A DNA stretch of 22,705 bases, from NCBI GenBank assembly GCA_040260805.1, contig JBDQPD010000054.1, forward strand, positions 1 to 22,705. Direction: 5' to 3'. This stretch comes from Myxococcota bacterium (GTDB lineage: Bacteria; Myxococcota; UBA4151). Position 1 is the stretch's first letter, and each line of letters opens with the position of its first letter. Below, one piece after another: positions 9,584 through 18,681 of the stretch. The notes under the pieces are model-generated. The model was not told the origin of the DNA. It ran no database searches and saw only the letters and a list, made by a program, of their open reading frames with translations. The position numbers were made by a program, and so were the translations under genes.

Positions 9584-11404
9584 ATGCGGCGAATTGTTGG
9601 GCTGACCATGGTCTTAGCTTCGGGCTGCTTAGCGGTCCCCGAGCGGATCATCGATGAAAACCCGCCGCTTGCCGACGCTGGAAGTGCCGCTGATGCGGGC
9701 GTTATCCAATGGAGCGTTCTTCCGGCGAGTGGCAGCCTGTTTGGCGCCTCAGCGGACATCAATGGTGACCTAGAGGGGTTTCAGATTGAGCTGAGCATAC
9801 AAGGTTTAGCCGATACCGAATTCGGGATCTACGATGGCGAAGCTTTGCTCGCTGCAGGGCAAACGGATGCGCAAGGCGTCGCCAGCCTCGAGCTGACTCT
9901 AGAACACGGAGCGTACGAGTGGGTCTTTCGAGCCCAAGACCAAGGCATTGATTATCGGCTCAACGTTGACCTACTCGGGCCAACATTTGAGCTCGATGCG
10001 CAACCTGAACCCGCTCGTCTACCCTGGCTCGTTTGGAGCGATGAGTCCGACGCTGACGGGGTCGGAAGCGATGACGTGGCGAGCCTTGAATTACGTGTAA
10101 ATGACGGTGATTTTGAACCGATCACCGAGCGCCTTGGGGGCGACGGCGGTGGGCGCTTGCGCGGCCTGAACCCTGGCGCGCATACGTTGACCGTTCGCGC
10201 TACCGATACGCTGGGAAATGAGCGCCTAATCGAGCGCCAAGTGACGGTTCAAATGACGTCTAAAACAGTCGCCCAAAGCGACCGGTATAGCGTGACGAGC
10301 ATCCCCTGTGTAGGCGACGCAAACGGGGATGGCTTAGATGACCTCGTGATCCTCAGAGGCTTTCTTTTGGGGAGCCTTTTGGTGAACTCCGGCACGCTCG
10401 TCTTTGGTCAATCAAACCTCGAGAATACGGAGATTGAAGGGTTCACCTTGATGGGCCGAAACCAGTCGATTTGTCGATTTGTCCCGCAGCAAGACTCAGC
10501 GAGTGAGCTGCTGATCGTGGGTACCACCGGGTCTGGTTCAGATGAGCGCTTCGACTTCATTGAGTGGTCACAACGAGCAGGTGAGATGAGAACTCAGCAC
10601 GTGATGACCCGAGGTAATCAAAGCACCGGCAGCGTGGGGCTCAACATCGCTCATCATCCCGGGGGTTTAGCGCCTTTGGAGGGCGCAAGGCAGCCCCGGT
10701 CGGCGATCGTAGTGCAGGTCGGCGACCAGTTTCTTCGGTTGTTCGATCCGCAGCGTCTGGATCAGGACTCGCCTAGCCTCATCGACGCCGCTGCGCCGAA
10801 CAGCTTGGTGCTCAGGACGACGGACTCCCTCGCAGCACGCACGGTGCTGAGCGGTCGCTTCAGCGAGGGCGCCACAACAGGCTTAGCGATCGTGGATCGA
10901 CGAGCAGACAACAACCACGGGGCGATTTGGGTTCTGCAAACCCCCTTAGCGTCAGGGCAAAGCTACGCGCTGATCAACAACGACAACGACTCACCCAATA
11001 ATCCGCTCCTCAGAGGCGAGGAGCCTGGCTCGATCGGTCAATATCCCCAGGCGATTAAACTCGCTCCTGACCAACCCGATGGAATCCTCACCACCACGGC
11101 GGGTCGAAGGCAGCTGATCATCCACCGGCTCGATGGCGCTCCCGTATCGATCACTGTTCCCGGATCCGTGGGTTTGATCAGCGGTCTGGCTGCCTGTGAC
11201 CTCAACGGTGATGGCCGGGATGAGATTTCTGTGGTCGGCGGGCTCCGTCATGAGATCCGCTGGGGCGACGGTGAATGGACCGCTTCGCGCATCGCAAACC
11301 GCCCTAAACACACGGTCTGCGCTGGCGATATGAGCGGTGATGAGGTCAATGATCTGGTGGTCACAACCCACGACGACGACCACTCGGTCTACGTGCTGCA
11401 TTAA
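9584..11404 (+). CDS. Lipoprotein with Ig-like region and FG-GAP/VCBS-like Ca-binding repeats
   Basis: GAGGAGG RBS, lipobox LASGC, G.HTLTVRATD.LGN Ig-like motif, repeats GDANGDGLDDLVI, CDLNGDGRDEISV and GDMSGDEVNDLVV. Confidence 0.75.
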   Translation: MRRIVGLTMVLASGCLAVPERIIDENPPLADAGSAADAGVIQWSVLPASGSLFGASADINGDLEGFQIELSIQGLADTEFGIYDGEALLAAGQTDAQGVASLELTLEHGAYEWVFRAQDQGIDYRLNVDLLGPTFELDAQPEPARLPWLVWSDESDADGVGSDDVASLELRVNDGDFEPITERLGGDGGGRLRGLNPGAHTLTVRATDTLGNERLIERQVTVQMTSKTVAQSDRYSVTSIPCVGDANGDGLDDLVILRGFLLGSLLVNSGTLVFGQSNLENTEIEGFTLMGRNQSICRFVPQQDSASELLIVGTTGSGSDERFDFIEWSQRAGEMRTQHVMTRGNQSTGSVGLNIAHHPGGLAPLEGARQPRSAIVVQVGDQFLRLFDPQRLDQDSPSLIDAAAPNSLVLRTTDSLAARTVLSGRFSEGATTGLAIVDRRADNNHGAIWVLQTPLASGQSYALINNDNDSPNNPLLRGEEPGSIGQYPQAIKLAPDQPDGILTTTAGRRQLIIHRLDGAPVSITVPGSVGLISGLAACDLNGDGRDEISVVGGLRHEIRWGDGEWTASRIANRPKHTVCAGDMSGDEVNDLVVTTHDDDHSVYVLH

Positions 11405-11492
11405 TCGAGTTTTTACACGATTCGCGGATGTAAACTTGACCTCAGCCCCATAGGGGCTTGAAATCGAGCACGACATACGGACTTGTGGGACC

Positions 11493-14400
11493 ATGAGCCA
11501 ATCTATCTTTGATTCACTCGGCGCAGGCAGCCTGCCTTATGTCGAATCGCTACACGCCCAATATCTAGCCGACCCCGAGTCGGTTCCCGAGGCTTGGCGT
11601 GCGTTCTTCGCTCAAGACGACTCCGCCTCGTCCTTTGGGCCTACCTTTGCGCCACGATCGATCTTTGCGGGGTCGCCGCCGAGCTTTGATAACGGCGAAG
11701 CCCGTCCGGTCTGGAACGAAGCCCCTGCTGCGGTTCCCGTTGACGCAGCGATGCAGCGCCGGCTCCCCTTCTTATCCCGCCTGCAGATCTTTGCGCAGCT
11801 GCCCGAGCAAGCCCTGCTGCTGATCGCTAGCCTCGTCGAAGAGGTCAGCGTTCCGGCGGGCGAAACGATTTTTGAAGCCGGTTCCGACGGTGACGCCGTC
11901 TACATCATCGAACGCGGCGAGGTGAAGATTATCCGCGGTGGTGACCACGTCGCCTCGCTCAGTGATGGTGAGGTGCTCGGCGAGCTCTCAGTGATGGACA
12001 ACCAGCCGCGCTCGGCGGATGCCCAAGCGGTTCGGGACTGCTCGCTGTTAAAGCTTGCGAACCACGACCTTTACAGACTGCTTGATGAGCACGGCGCCAT
12101 CGCACGCGGGCTGTTTCACACGGTCACTCAGCGACTGCGTGAGACCAACGCCCGCCAAGAGCGCGTCGACCTGCTGATTCGATCCTACCGCGTCCGGGGT
12201 CACGCGGTCGCCAACATCAACCCGCTCGGCCATCGCATTGAGGAGCACCCCGAGCTCACGCTTGAGCATCACGGTCTGAGCGAAGCCGACCTCGACTTAG
12301 CGTTCTCGACGCGCACTTACTTTCACTCCGATCGTGACCAACGGCTCAGGCACTTGGTCGAGCAGTTGAAGAAAACCTACTGCGGCTCGGTCGGGGTGCA
12401 GTTCATGCACATCGACAACCCCGAGGTGAAAAACTGGCTGTACACGCGGATGGAAGCCACTCAAAACCGAAGGCGGATGAGCCACGAAGAACAACTTCGG
12501 ATCTTTAGAAAGCTCACCGACGCCGAGACCTTTGAAGACTTCATCCACAAAAAGTATCTCGGCGCCAAACGCTTCAGCCTTGAAGGCGGCGAGACGCTGA
12601 TTCCGCTGCTGGACATGGCGCTCGAAGGGCTCGCTCGTCACGGCGTGCGGCACGCGATCATCGGCATGGCGCACCGTGGGCGCTTGAACGTGATGGCGAA
12701 CATCATGGGCAAGAGCCCGGCGAAGGTCTTTGCCGAGTTTGAAGACGACGGTGACCCCGAGGAGCTGGTCGGTCGCGGCGATGTCAAATACCACCTCGGG
12801 TTCAGCTCGATCCGAGTCAACGCAGAGGGTCATAGGACCCACTTGAGCCTTTGCTTCAACCCCTCACACCTTGAATTTGTTGCCCCCGTCGTGTGTGGCC
12901 GAGTCCGCGCTCGCCAGGACCGTATTGGCGATCTGGCGCGTCAACAAGTCGCCGGGATTGTGATCCACGGCGACGCCGCCTTTGCAGGCCAGGGCGTGGT
13001 CCAAGAGACGCTCAATATGAGCGGCCTGACGGGCTATGAAACGGGCGGCACCATTCACATTATCGTCAACAACCAGGTTGGCTTTACGACTCACCCAGAA
13101 GAGAGCCGGACCAGCATGTACGCGACCGACGTCGCTAAAATGCTCGATATCCCGATCTTCCACGTCAACGGTGAAGACCCGGATGCGGTGGGGCACGTGA
13201 TCAATCTCGCCTGTGCGTTCCGCTCGAAGTGGCGCCGAGATGTGATCATCGACATGTATTGCTATCGTAAATACGGTCACAATGAGGGCGATGACCCCAG
13301 CTTCACCCAGCCGCTGATGTATTCAAACATTCGCCAAAGAGCGACCGTCCGTGAGCACTACCTCCAGAACCTGATCAAGCTGGGTCAGATGAGCGACGAA
13401 GACGCAAAGCAGGTCGCCGTCGCGAGCCGTGCTCGGCTCGAGGAGTGCCTTGAGGTGGCTCGCTCAGGCGGCACCGCCCCCGAAGATCTAGGCACCTGTG
13501 AAGAGATCGTGGAGGTCGAAGAAGGCTGCTTGGTGGGTGATCTCGGCTTTGAAGTCTACGACGCCGACTCAGGTCGAGCTATGGCCCTTTTTTCGGGAGG
13601 AAAAGACCGCGCGACGCCCGAAGTCGATACCAGCGTCGGGGTCGATACGCTCAAGAGCTTGTTGCTCAAACAGCTTGAGGTACCTGACGACTTTAATATC
13701 AACCCCAAGCTCAACAGGTTGCACAAACAACGTCGAGCGATGGCGGCGGGTGACCGAGCGCTCGATTGGGGCGGCGCTGAATGCCTCGCCTTTGCGAGCT
13801 TACTCGTTGAGGGCGCCGGGATGCGCGTGTCAGGGCAAGACAGCGGCCGAGGCACCTTCGCCCACCGTCACGCCGAGTGGCATGATGCGCAGGATGGACG
13901 GCGCTTTATCCCGCTGCAAAATCTACAAGCCGACCAGGGCAAATGCGGGATCTGGAACTCGCCGCTGTCCGAGACCTCGGTCCTGGCTTATGAATACGGA
14001 TACAGCCTAGAGATGCCCGAGTCCTTAGTCGTCTGGGAGGCACAGTTTGGTGACTTCGCCAACGGCGCACAGGTCATCATCGACCAGTTCATTACGAGTT
14101 CGGAGGATAAGTGGAACCGCTTGTCTGGCGTGGTCTTGCTGCTGCCGCATGGTTTTGAAGGCCAAGGCCCCGAGCACAGCTCGGCTCGCCTCGAGCGCTT
14201 TTTGACGCTCGCAGCAGAAGACAACATCATGGTCATGAACCTGACCACTCCAGCGCAACTCTTCCACGCCTTACGTCGCCAAGTGATGCGTAAAATCCGC
14301 AAGCCCTTGGTGGTGATGACGCCGAAGAGTTTACTGCGTCATCCTCAGGCGATCTCAAGCCTTGAAGAGCTCGCTGATGGACAATTCCAGAAGGTAATTG

Positions 14401-14789
14401 CGGATCCAGAGGTCGAGGCAGCGAAGGTCAAACGCATCTTACTGTGCTCGGGTAAAGTGTACTTTGAGCTACTCGCCGCCCGCGCCGAAGCTCAGATCGA
14501 CCACGTCGCGATCATCAGGATGGAACAAGTCTACCCCTTACCTGACCTTGAGTTGAACGAGGTCCTCAGCGCCTACGGTGACGACTGTGAGCTGGTCTGG
14601 GTTCAGGAAGAACCCGCCAATATGGGCGCTTGGGGTTTCTTGCTCCGCCACCTGCGCGGGGTTGCGGGCCGCTTTCGCTTGGACGGGGTCTACCGCCCCG
14701 AGTCGGCGAGTCCAGCGACAGGCTCTAAAGCGAGCCATCAATTTGAACAGAATCTACTCATGCGCCAAGCGCTGGGTCTGGAGGAATAA
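11493..14789 (+). CDS. sucA: 2-oxoglutarate dehydrogenase E1 with an inserted cyclic-nucleotide-binding domain
   Basis: YVESL...YLADPESV...WRAFF N-terminus, LIRSYRVRGH, GAKRFSLEG, GMAHRGRLN, GDVKYHLG, ThDP motif HGDAAFAGQG...NNQVGFTT, WEAQFGDFANGAQ, GQGPEHSSAR, WVQEEPANMG. cNMP domain at aa ~91-217. Confidence 0.97.
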   Translation: MSQSIFDSLGAGSLPYVESLHAQYLADPESVPEAWRAFFAQDDSASSFGPTFAPRSIFAGSPPSFDNGEARPVWNEAPAAVPVDAAMQRRLPFLSRLQIFAQLPEQALLLIASLVEEVSVPAGETIFEAGSDGDAVYIIERGEVKIIRGGDHVASLSDGEVLGELSVMDNQPRSADAQAVRDCSLLKLANHDLYRLLDEHGAIARGLFHTVTQRLRETNARQERVDLLIRSYRVRGHAVANINPLGHRIEEHPELTLEHHGLSEADLDLAFSTRTYFHSDRDQRLRHLVEQLKKTYCGSVGVQFMHIDNPEVKNWLYTRMEATQNRRRMSHEEQLRIFRKLTDAETFEDFIHKKYLGAKRFSLEGGETLIPLLDMALEGLARHGVRHAIIGMAHRGRLNVMANIMGKSPAKVFAEFEDDGDPEELVGRGDVKYHLGFSSIRVNAEGHRTHLSLCFNPSHLEFVAPVVCGRVRARQDRIGDLARQQVAGIVIHGDAAFAGQGVVQETLNMSGLTGYETGGTIHIIVNNQVGFTTHPEESRTSMYATDVAKMLDIPIFHVNGEDPDAVGHVINLACAFRSKWRRDVIIDMYCYRKYGHNEGDDPSFTQPLMYSNIRQRATVREHYLQNLIKLGQMSDEDAKQVAVASRARLEECLEVARSGGTAPEDLGTCEEIVEVEEGCLVGDLGFEVYDADSGRAMALFSGGKDRATPEVDTSVGVDTLKSLLLKQLEVPDDFNINPKLNRLHKQRRAMAAGDRALDWGGAECLAFASLLVEGAGMRVSGQDSGRGTFAHRHAEWHDAQDGRRFIPLQNLQADQGKCGIWNSPLSETSVLAYEYGYSLEMPESLVVWEAQFGDFANGAQVIIDQFITSSEDKWNRLSGVVLLLPHGFEGQGPEHSSARLERFLTLAAEDNIMVMNLTTPAQLFHALRRQVMRKIRKPLVVMTPKSLLRHPQAISSLEELADGQFQKVIADPEVEAAKVKRILLCSGKVYFELLAARAEAQIDHVAIIRMEQVYPLPDLELNEVLSAYGDDCELVWVQEEPANMGAWGFLLRHLRGVAGRFRLDGVYRPESASPATGSKASHQFEQNLLMRQALGLEE

Positions 14790-15992
14790 GTGGAAATCAA
14801 GGTCCCAAGTGTTGGTGAGTCCGTCACCGAGGTGACGGTCGCTGAGTGGCTCAAGCCGATCGGCGCCTTCGTCGAAGTCGACGAGCCCATCGTTCTGGTC
14901 GAGAGCGACAAAGCGGACATGGAGATTCCAGCGCCTGCGAGCGGTACGCTCACGGAGCAGCGCATCGGCGCCGGTGAAGACGCTGCGGTCGGCGATGTCT
15001 TAGGCATCTTAGAGCCCGGTGAAGCCACAGCGGGCGGCGGCGCCAGCGCGCCTGCGCCAGCGGCGGCGCCAGAGCCTGAACCTGCAGCGTCCGCAGCGGG
15101 CGGTGGGCACGTCATGCCGGCGGCTGCGCGCGCCCTGCATGACGCCGGGATGACGGCTGACCAAGTGTCGGGAAGCGGTCCTGGCGGAAGGATCCTCAAA
15201 GAGGACGTACCGACCCCCTCGCAAGCCCCTCAACCAGCGGCAGCGCCCGCTCCAGCGAAAGCACCAGCCCCAGCAGCACCTGCAGTCGCTGGCGGCGGCG
15301 AAGAGGTCGTCCGGATGTCCCGGCTACGTCAAACGATCGCTCGCAACCTGGTCGGTGCGCAGCAAAATGCAGCCCTGCTGACCACCTTTAACGAGGTCGA
15401 CATGAGCGAAGTGATGGCCCTGCGCAAACGGTATCAAGATGCCTTCGTGAAGAGACACGGCATCAAGGTCGGGTTTATGAGCTTCTTTATCAAAGCGACG
15501 ATCGAAGCCCTCAAAGAGTTTCCAGCGGTCAACGCAGAGATCCGCGAAAAAGATATCGTGTACAAAAACCACTACGATATCGGCGTGGCGATCGGTGGCG
15601 GCAAAGGCTTGGTGGTTCCGGTGATCCGAGGCGCAGACCAGCTCAGTATGGCAGGGATCGAGCAAGCGATCGCCGATTATGCCGGCGCCGCAAAGGCTGG
15701 GACGATCGGGCTTGATGACCTCACCGGCGGCACCTTCTCGATCACCAACGGCGGGATCTACGGCTCGATGCTGTCGACGCCTATCGTCAACGCACCGCAG
15801 AGCGGCATCTTGGGCATGCACAACATCGTCAAGCGCGCCGTGGTCGTGGACGATGAGATCGTCATTCGTCCGATGATGTACCTTGCGCTCACCTACGATC
15901 ACCGCATCGTCGATGGTCGCGAGGCGGTGAGCTTCTTGAAGCGCATCAAAGACTGCATTGAAGACCCCGCTCGCATCTTGGTGGAGGCCTAA
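14790..15992 (+). CDS. sucB: Dihydrolipoyllysine-residue succinyltransferase (E2o)
   Basis: Lipoyl domain VESDKA, E3-binding GSGPGGRILKEDV, LTTFNEVDM, catalytic YDHRIVDG. GTG start directly after the sucA stop. Confidence 0.96.
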   Translation: MEIKVPSVGESVTEVTVAEWLKPIGAFVEVDEPIVLVESDKADMEIPAPASGTLTEQRIGAGEDAAVGDVLGILEPGEATAGGGASAPAPAAAPEPEPAASAAGGGHVMPAAARALHDAGMTADQVSGSGPGGRILKEDVPTPSQAPQPAAAPAPAKAPAPAAPAVAGGGEEVVRMSRLRQTIARNLVGAQQNAALLTTFNEVDMSEVMALRKRYQDAFVKRHGIKVGFMSFFIKATIEALKEFPAVNAEIREKDIVYKNHYDIGVAIGGGKGLVVPVIRGADQLSMAGIEQAIADYAGAAKAGTIGLDDLTGGTFSITNGGIYGSMLSTPIVNAPQSGILGMHNIVKRAVVVDDEIVIRPMMYLALTYDHRIVDGREAVSFLKRIKDCIEDPARILVEA

Positions 15993-15995
15993 ATC

Positions 15996-17381
15996 ATGGC
16001 AGACCATGACCTGTTGGTGATCGGCGCCGGGCCGGGCGGTTACGTCGCCGCGATTCGCGCTGCGCAGCTTGGACTCAACGTCGGGATCATCGAAAAAGAA
16101 GAGAAGATGGGCGGCACCTGCCTGCGCGTCGGATGCATCCCATCCAAAGCCCTGCTCGAGTCCTCAGAGCGTTTCCGCGCCACCAAAGAAGACGCCGCAG
16201 ACCACGGTATGGACATTGAGGGGCTGACCCTCAACCTGCCCAACTTAATGGTGCGTAAAGAGCGAGTGATCGAGACTCTTGCGACCGGCATCGTCGGCCT
16301 GATGAAGAAAAACAAAATCAAGGTCTACAGCGGTCATGGACAGTTCGTTGGGCGCGACGAAGCGGGCGTCACGGTCGCGGTAGGTGACCAACAGATCGTC
16401 GCGGACAAAGTCATCATCGCCACCGGCTCGTCGGCGACGCCCATACGTGGCGTCGAAGAAGACGGCGACCGAATCGGTTGCTCGACCGCCGCGTTGAGCT
16501 ACCCAGAGGTACCCGAACATCTCGTGGTGATCGGCGCAGGCGCCATCGGCCTTGAGATGGGCAGCGTGTGGAACCGTCTGGGCTCGAAGGTCACGGTCCT
16601 TGAATACCTGCCGCGCATTTTGCCGGCTTGCGACGCAGCGGTCGCCAAAGAGGCGCGCAAAATTCTCGCCAAACAGGGCTTAGAATTTAAACTCGGCGTG
16701 GCGGTCACCGGCGCAAAATTAGAGGGCGATGGCTGCATCGTCGAGGTCGACGGGGGCGATCCGATCGCCTGCGACCGCGTCTTGGTCTCGGTCGGTCGCC
16801 GGCCGCACACCGAAGGTCTCGGGCTCGACCAGGTCGGGGTCGCCACCAACGGTCGCGGCTTTGTCGAGGTCGACGCTCACTTTGCCACTGGGGTTCCAGG
16901 GATCTTCGCCATCGGTGATGTGATCCCAGGTCCGATGCTGGCCCATAAAGCCGAGGAAGACGGCGTCGCCTGCGTTGAGCGCATCGTCACCGGTTACGGT
17001 CACGTCGATTATGGCTTGGTTCCAAGCATCGTCTACACCGAGCCCGAAGTCGCGAGCGTCGGGGTGACTGAAGAAGCCTTAAAAGAGGCGGGTACAGCCT
17101 ACAAATCCGGCCGCTTTCGCTTCGCTGGAAACGGTCGAGCTTTAGCGCATGGACACGCCGTTGGGTTCGCTAAAGTCCTAGCGGATGCCGAGACCGATCG
17201 GGTGCTCGGTGTTCACTTGGTCGGTCCTTGCGCCGGCGAATTGATCGCCGAAGCGGCGGCGGCGATGACTTTTGGGGCGTCGAGCGAGGACATCGCTCGA
17301 ACCTGTCATGCGCATCCGACCTTGTCCGAGGTGGTCAAAGAGGCGGCGCTTGATGTCGACGGACGAGCGATTCACCGTTGA
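15996..17381 (+). CDS. lpdA: Dihydrolipoamide dehydrogenase (E3)
   Basis: GAGPGGYVAAIRAAQLG, GGTCLRVGCIPSK, GAGAIGLE, MLAHKAEEDG, HAHPTLSE. Confidence 0.97.
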   Translation: MADHDLLVIGAGPGGYVAAIRAAQLGLNVGIIEKEEKMGGTCLRVGCIPSKALLESSERFRATKEDAADHGMDIEGLTLNLPNLMVRKERVIETLATGIVGLMKKNKIKVYSGHGQFVGRDEAGVTVAVGDQQIVADKVIIATGSSATPIRGVEEDGDRIGCSTAALSYPEVPEHLVVIGAGAIGLEMGSVWNRLGSKVTVLEYLPRILPACDAAVAKEARKILAKQGLEFKLGVAVTGAKLEGDGCIVEVDGGDPIACDRVLVSVGRRPHTEGLGLDQVGVATNGRGFVEVDAHFATGVPGIFAIGDVIPGPMLAHKAEEDGVACVERIVTGYGHVDYGLVPSIVYTEPEVASVGVTEEALKEAGTAYKSGRFRFAGNGRALAHGHAVGFAKVLADAETDRVLGVHLVGPCAGELIAEAAAAMTFGASSEDIARTCHAHPTLSEVVKEAALDVDGRAIHR

Positions 17382-17824
17382 TCACGCTGCGTGCGGCTCA
17401 AGAATCAGACAAAGAACAGCTCTGGCGCTGGCGCAACGACGCGTTAACCCGCTCGATGTCGCTGACCACCGGCGAGGTCCCCTGGGCTGATCATTGCCAA
17501 TGGTTTGCTGGGGTCCACGCAGACCCGGAGCGGCACCTACTGATCGGTGTGATGGATGAATCGGCGGTCGGGACCGTTCGACTCGATCGAGCCAACCGCG
17601 AAGCTGAGATCAACATCACCGTAGCTCCTGAAGCCCGTGGGCGAGGCATGGGGCTCGCTTTGCTGCTCGCCGCGGCTCAGTACGCTCGAGGCTTGGACAT
17701 CAACCAACTCAACGCCGTGATTCGCCCAAGCAACGCGGCCTCAAAGGTGATCTTTGAGCGGGCCGGCTACCAAGCTTGCGGCGCCGACGACCGGATCCTT
17801 CGTTACCAGCAGGCTTTGTCCTAA
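17378..17824 (+). CDS. GNAT N-acyltransferase, PseH-like
   Basis: LR.A...D...LWRWRND...R..S......W.DH..WF, GTVRLD, RGRGMG, N.AS...FERAGY. TTGA overlap with the lpdA stop. Confidence 0.8.
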   Translation: MITLRAAQESDKEQLWRWRNDALTRSMSLTTGEVPWADHCQWFAGVHADPERHLLIGVMDESAVGTVRLDRANREAEINITVAPEARGRGMGLALLLAAAQYARGLDINQLNAVIRPSNAASKVIFERAGYQACGADDRILRYQQALS

Positions 17825-18681
17825 TGCCCAGCTGGTCCGCTTGCCCGGTCTGCGAGGTCGTCATCGACGGTGACCCATGGCTGACCATGGATCCCCTAAC
17901 CTGGCATCGCTGCGGCGCTTGCGACCTCGTCTTTAAGAGCAAAGAGCCCGATGGGTTTTTGACCGACGAGCATTACGAAGAGGACTATTTTACCGGCGGC
18001 AGCAGGCAGTACGATAAACGCCGAGAGCATCGAATCGGCAAAGCGCAAAGGCAGCTCGACTGCGGCCGTGAATTCACCACCGGCGACCGGCTGCTCGATA
18101 TTGGCTGCTCCCTAGGCTACGCCCTTGAAGCGGGTCGCCGGCTGGGGCTCGAACCGGTCGGAGTGGATTTGAGCGAGACCGCCCGAAGCGCGTGTATTGA
18201 GCAAGGTTTTACAGCCGTGGACGGGCGCCTCGATGCGCTGCCCTTCCCAGATCAGAGTTTTGATTTGGTGCTGATGAAGCACGTGCTCGAGCACACCCCC
18301 GACCCCAAAGGCGCGCTGCACGAAATTAAGAGGGTTTGTTCGGATCAGGCGTGCTTGATCATAGCGGTGCCGAATCTTCATTACTTCAAAGGGCGTTTCG
18401 CGCGCCTGAAACACCGCTATTACAACCCACGTCACGCCGGGCGCGAACACTACGTCTACTTTAGCCGCGCAGCGCTTGCGAAGATGCTGGAAGAGGCTGG
18501 CTTTACGGTGCGTGCGCACAGCAAAGCTTTGTTCAAAAAGCGGCGAGCTCGAGATGGGCTCGCGGCGACGATCAAAGAGGGGCTGTGGTTTGCGGTGATG
18601 AGCGCTTGGCAAGCGCTGGCATCAGGCTTGAGCCTTCGACGCGAATTGTTTGTCGTCGCGCAGCTTCGCAACGACCCCTAG
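17824..18681 (+). CDS. Class I SAM-dependent methyltransferase with N-terminal CxxC..CxxC, glycan-cluster type
   Basis: CPVC/CGAC, LLDIGCSLG, FDLVLMKHVLEH.PDP, VPN, H..YFS...L..MLEEAGF. TAATG overlap with the GNAT stop. Confidence 0.85.
   Translation: MPSWSACPVCEVVIDGDPWLTMDPLTWHRCGACDLVFKSKEPDGFLTDEHYEEDYFTGGSRQYDKRREHRIGKAQRQLDCGREFTTGDRLLDIGCSLGYALEAGRRLGLEPVGVDLSETARSACIEQGFTAVDGRLDALPFPDQSFDLVLMKHVLEHTPDPKGALHEIKRVCSDQACLIIAVPNLHYFKGRFARLKHRYYNPRHAGREHYVYFSRAALAKMLEEAGFTVRAHSKALFKKRRARDGLAATIKEGLWFAVMSAWQALASGLSLRRELFVVAQLRNDP

Noticed and set aside
11429..11444. CRP box upstream of sucA (TGTAA-N6-CCTCA)
   Set aside because: Too far from TGTGA-N6-TCACA to support a call.
15030..15300. 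Ala/Pro-rich low-complexity repeats in sucB
   Set aside because: Normal flexible linkers of E2 subunits.
15324..16007. 227-aa antisense ORF over sucB, and similar shadow ORFs over sucA, lpdA, fpr and the kinase
   Set aside because: They lie opposite well-conserved genes, have no recognisable motifs, and are expected from codon bias in GC-rich DNA.
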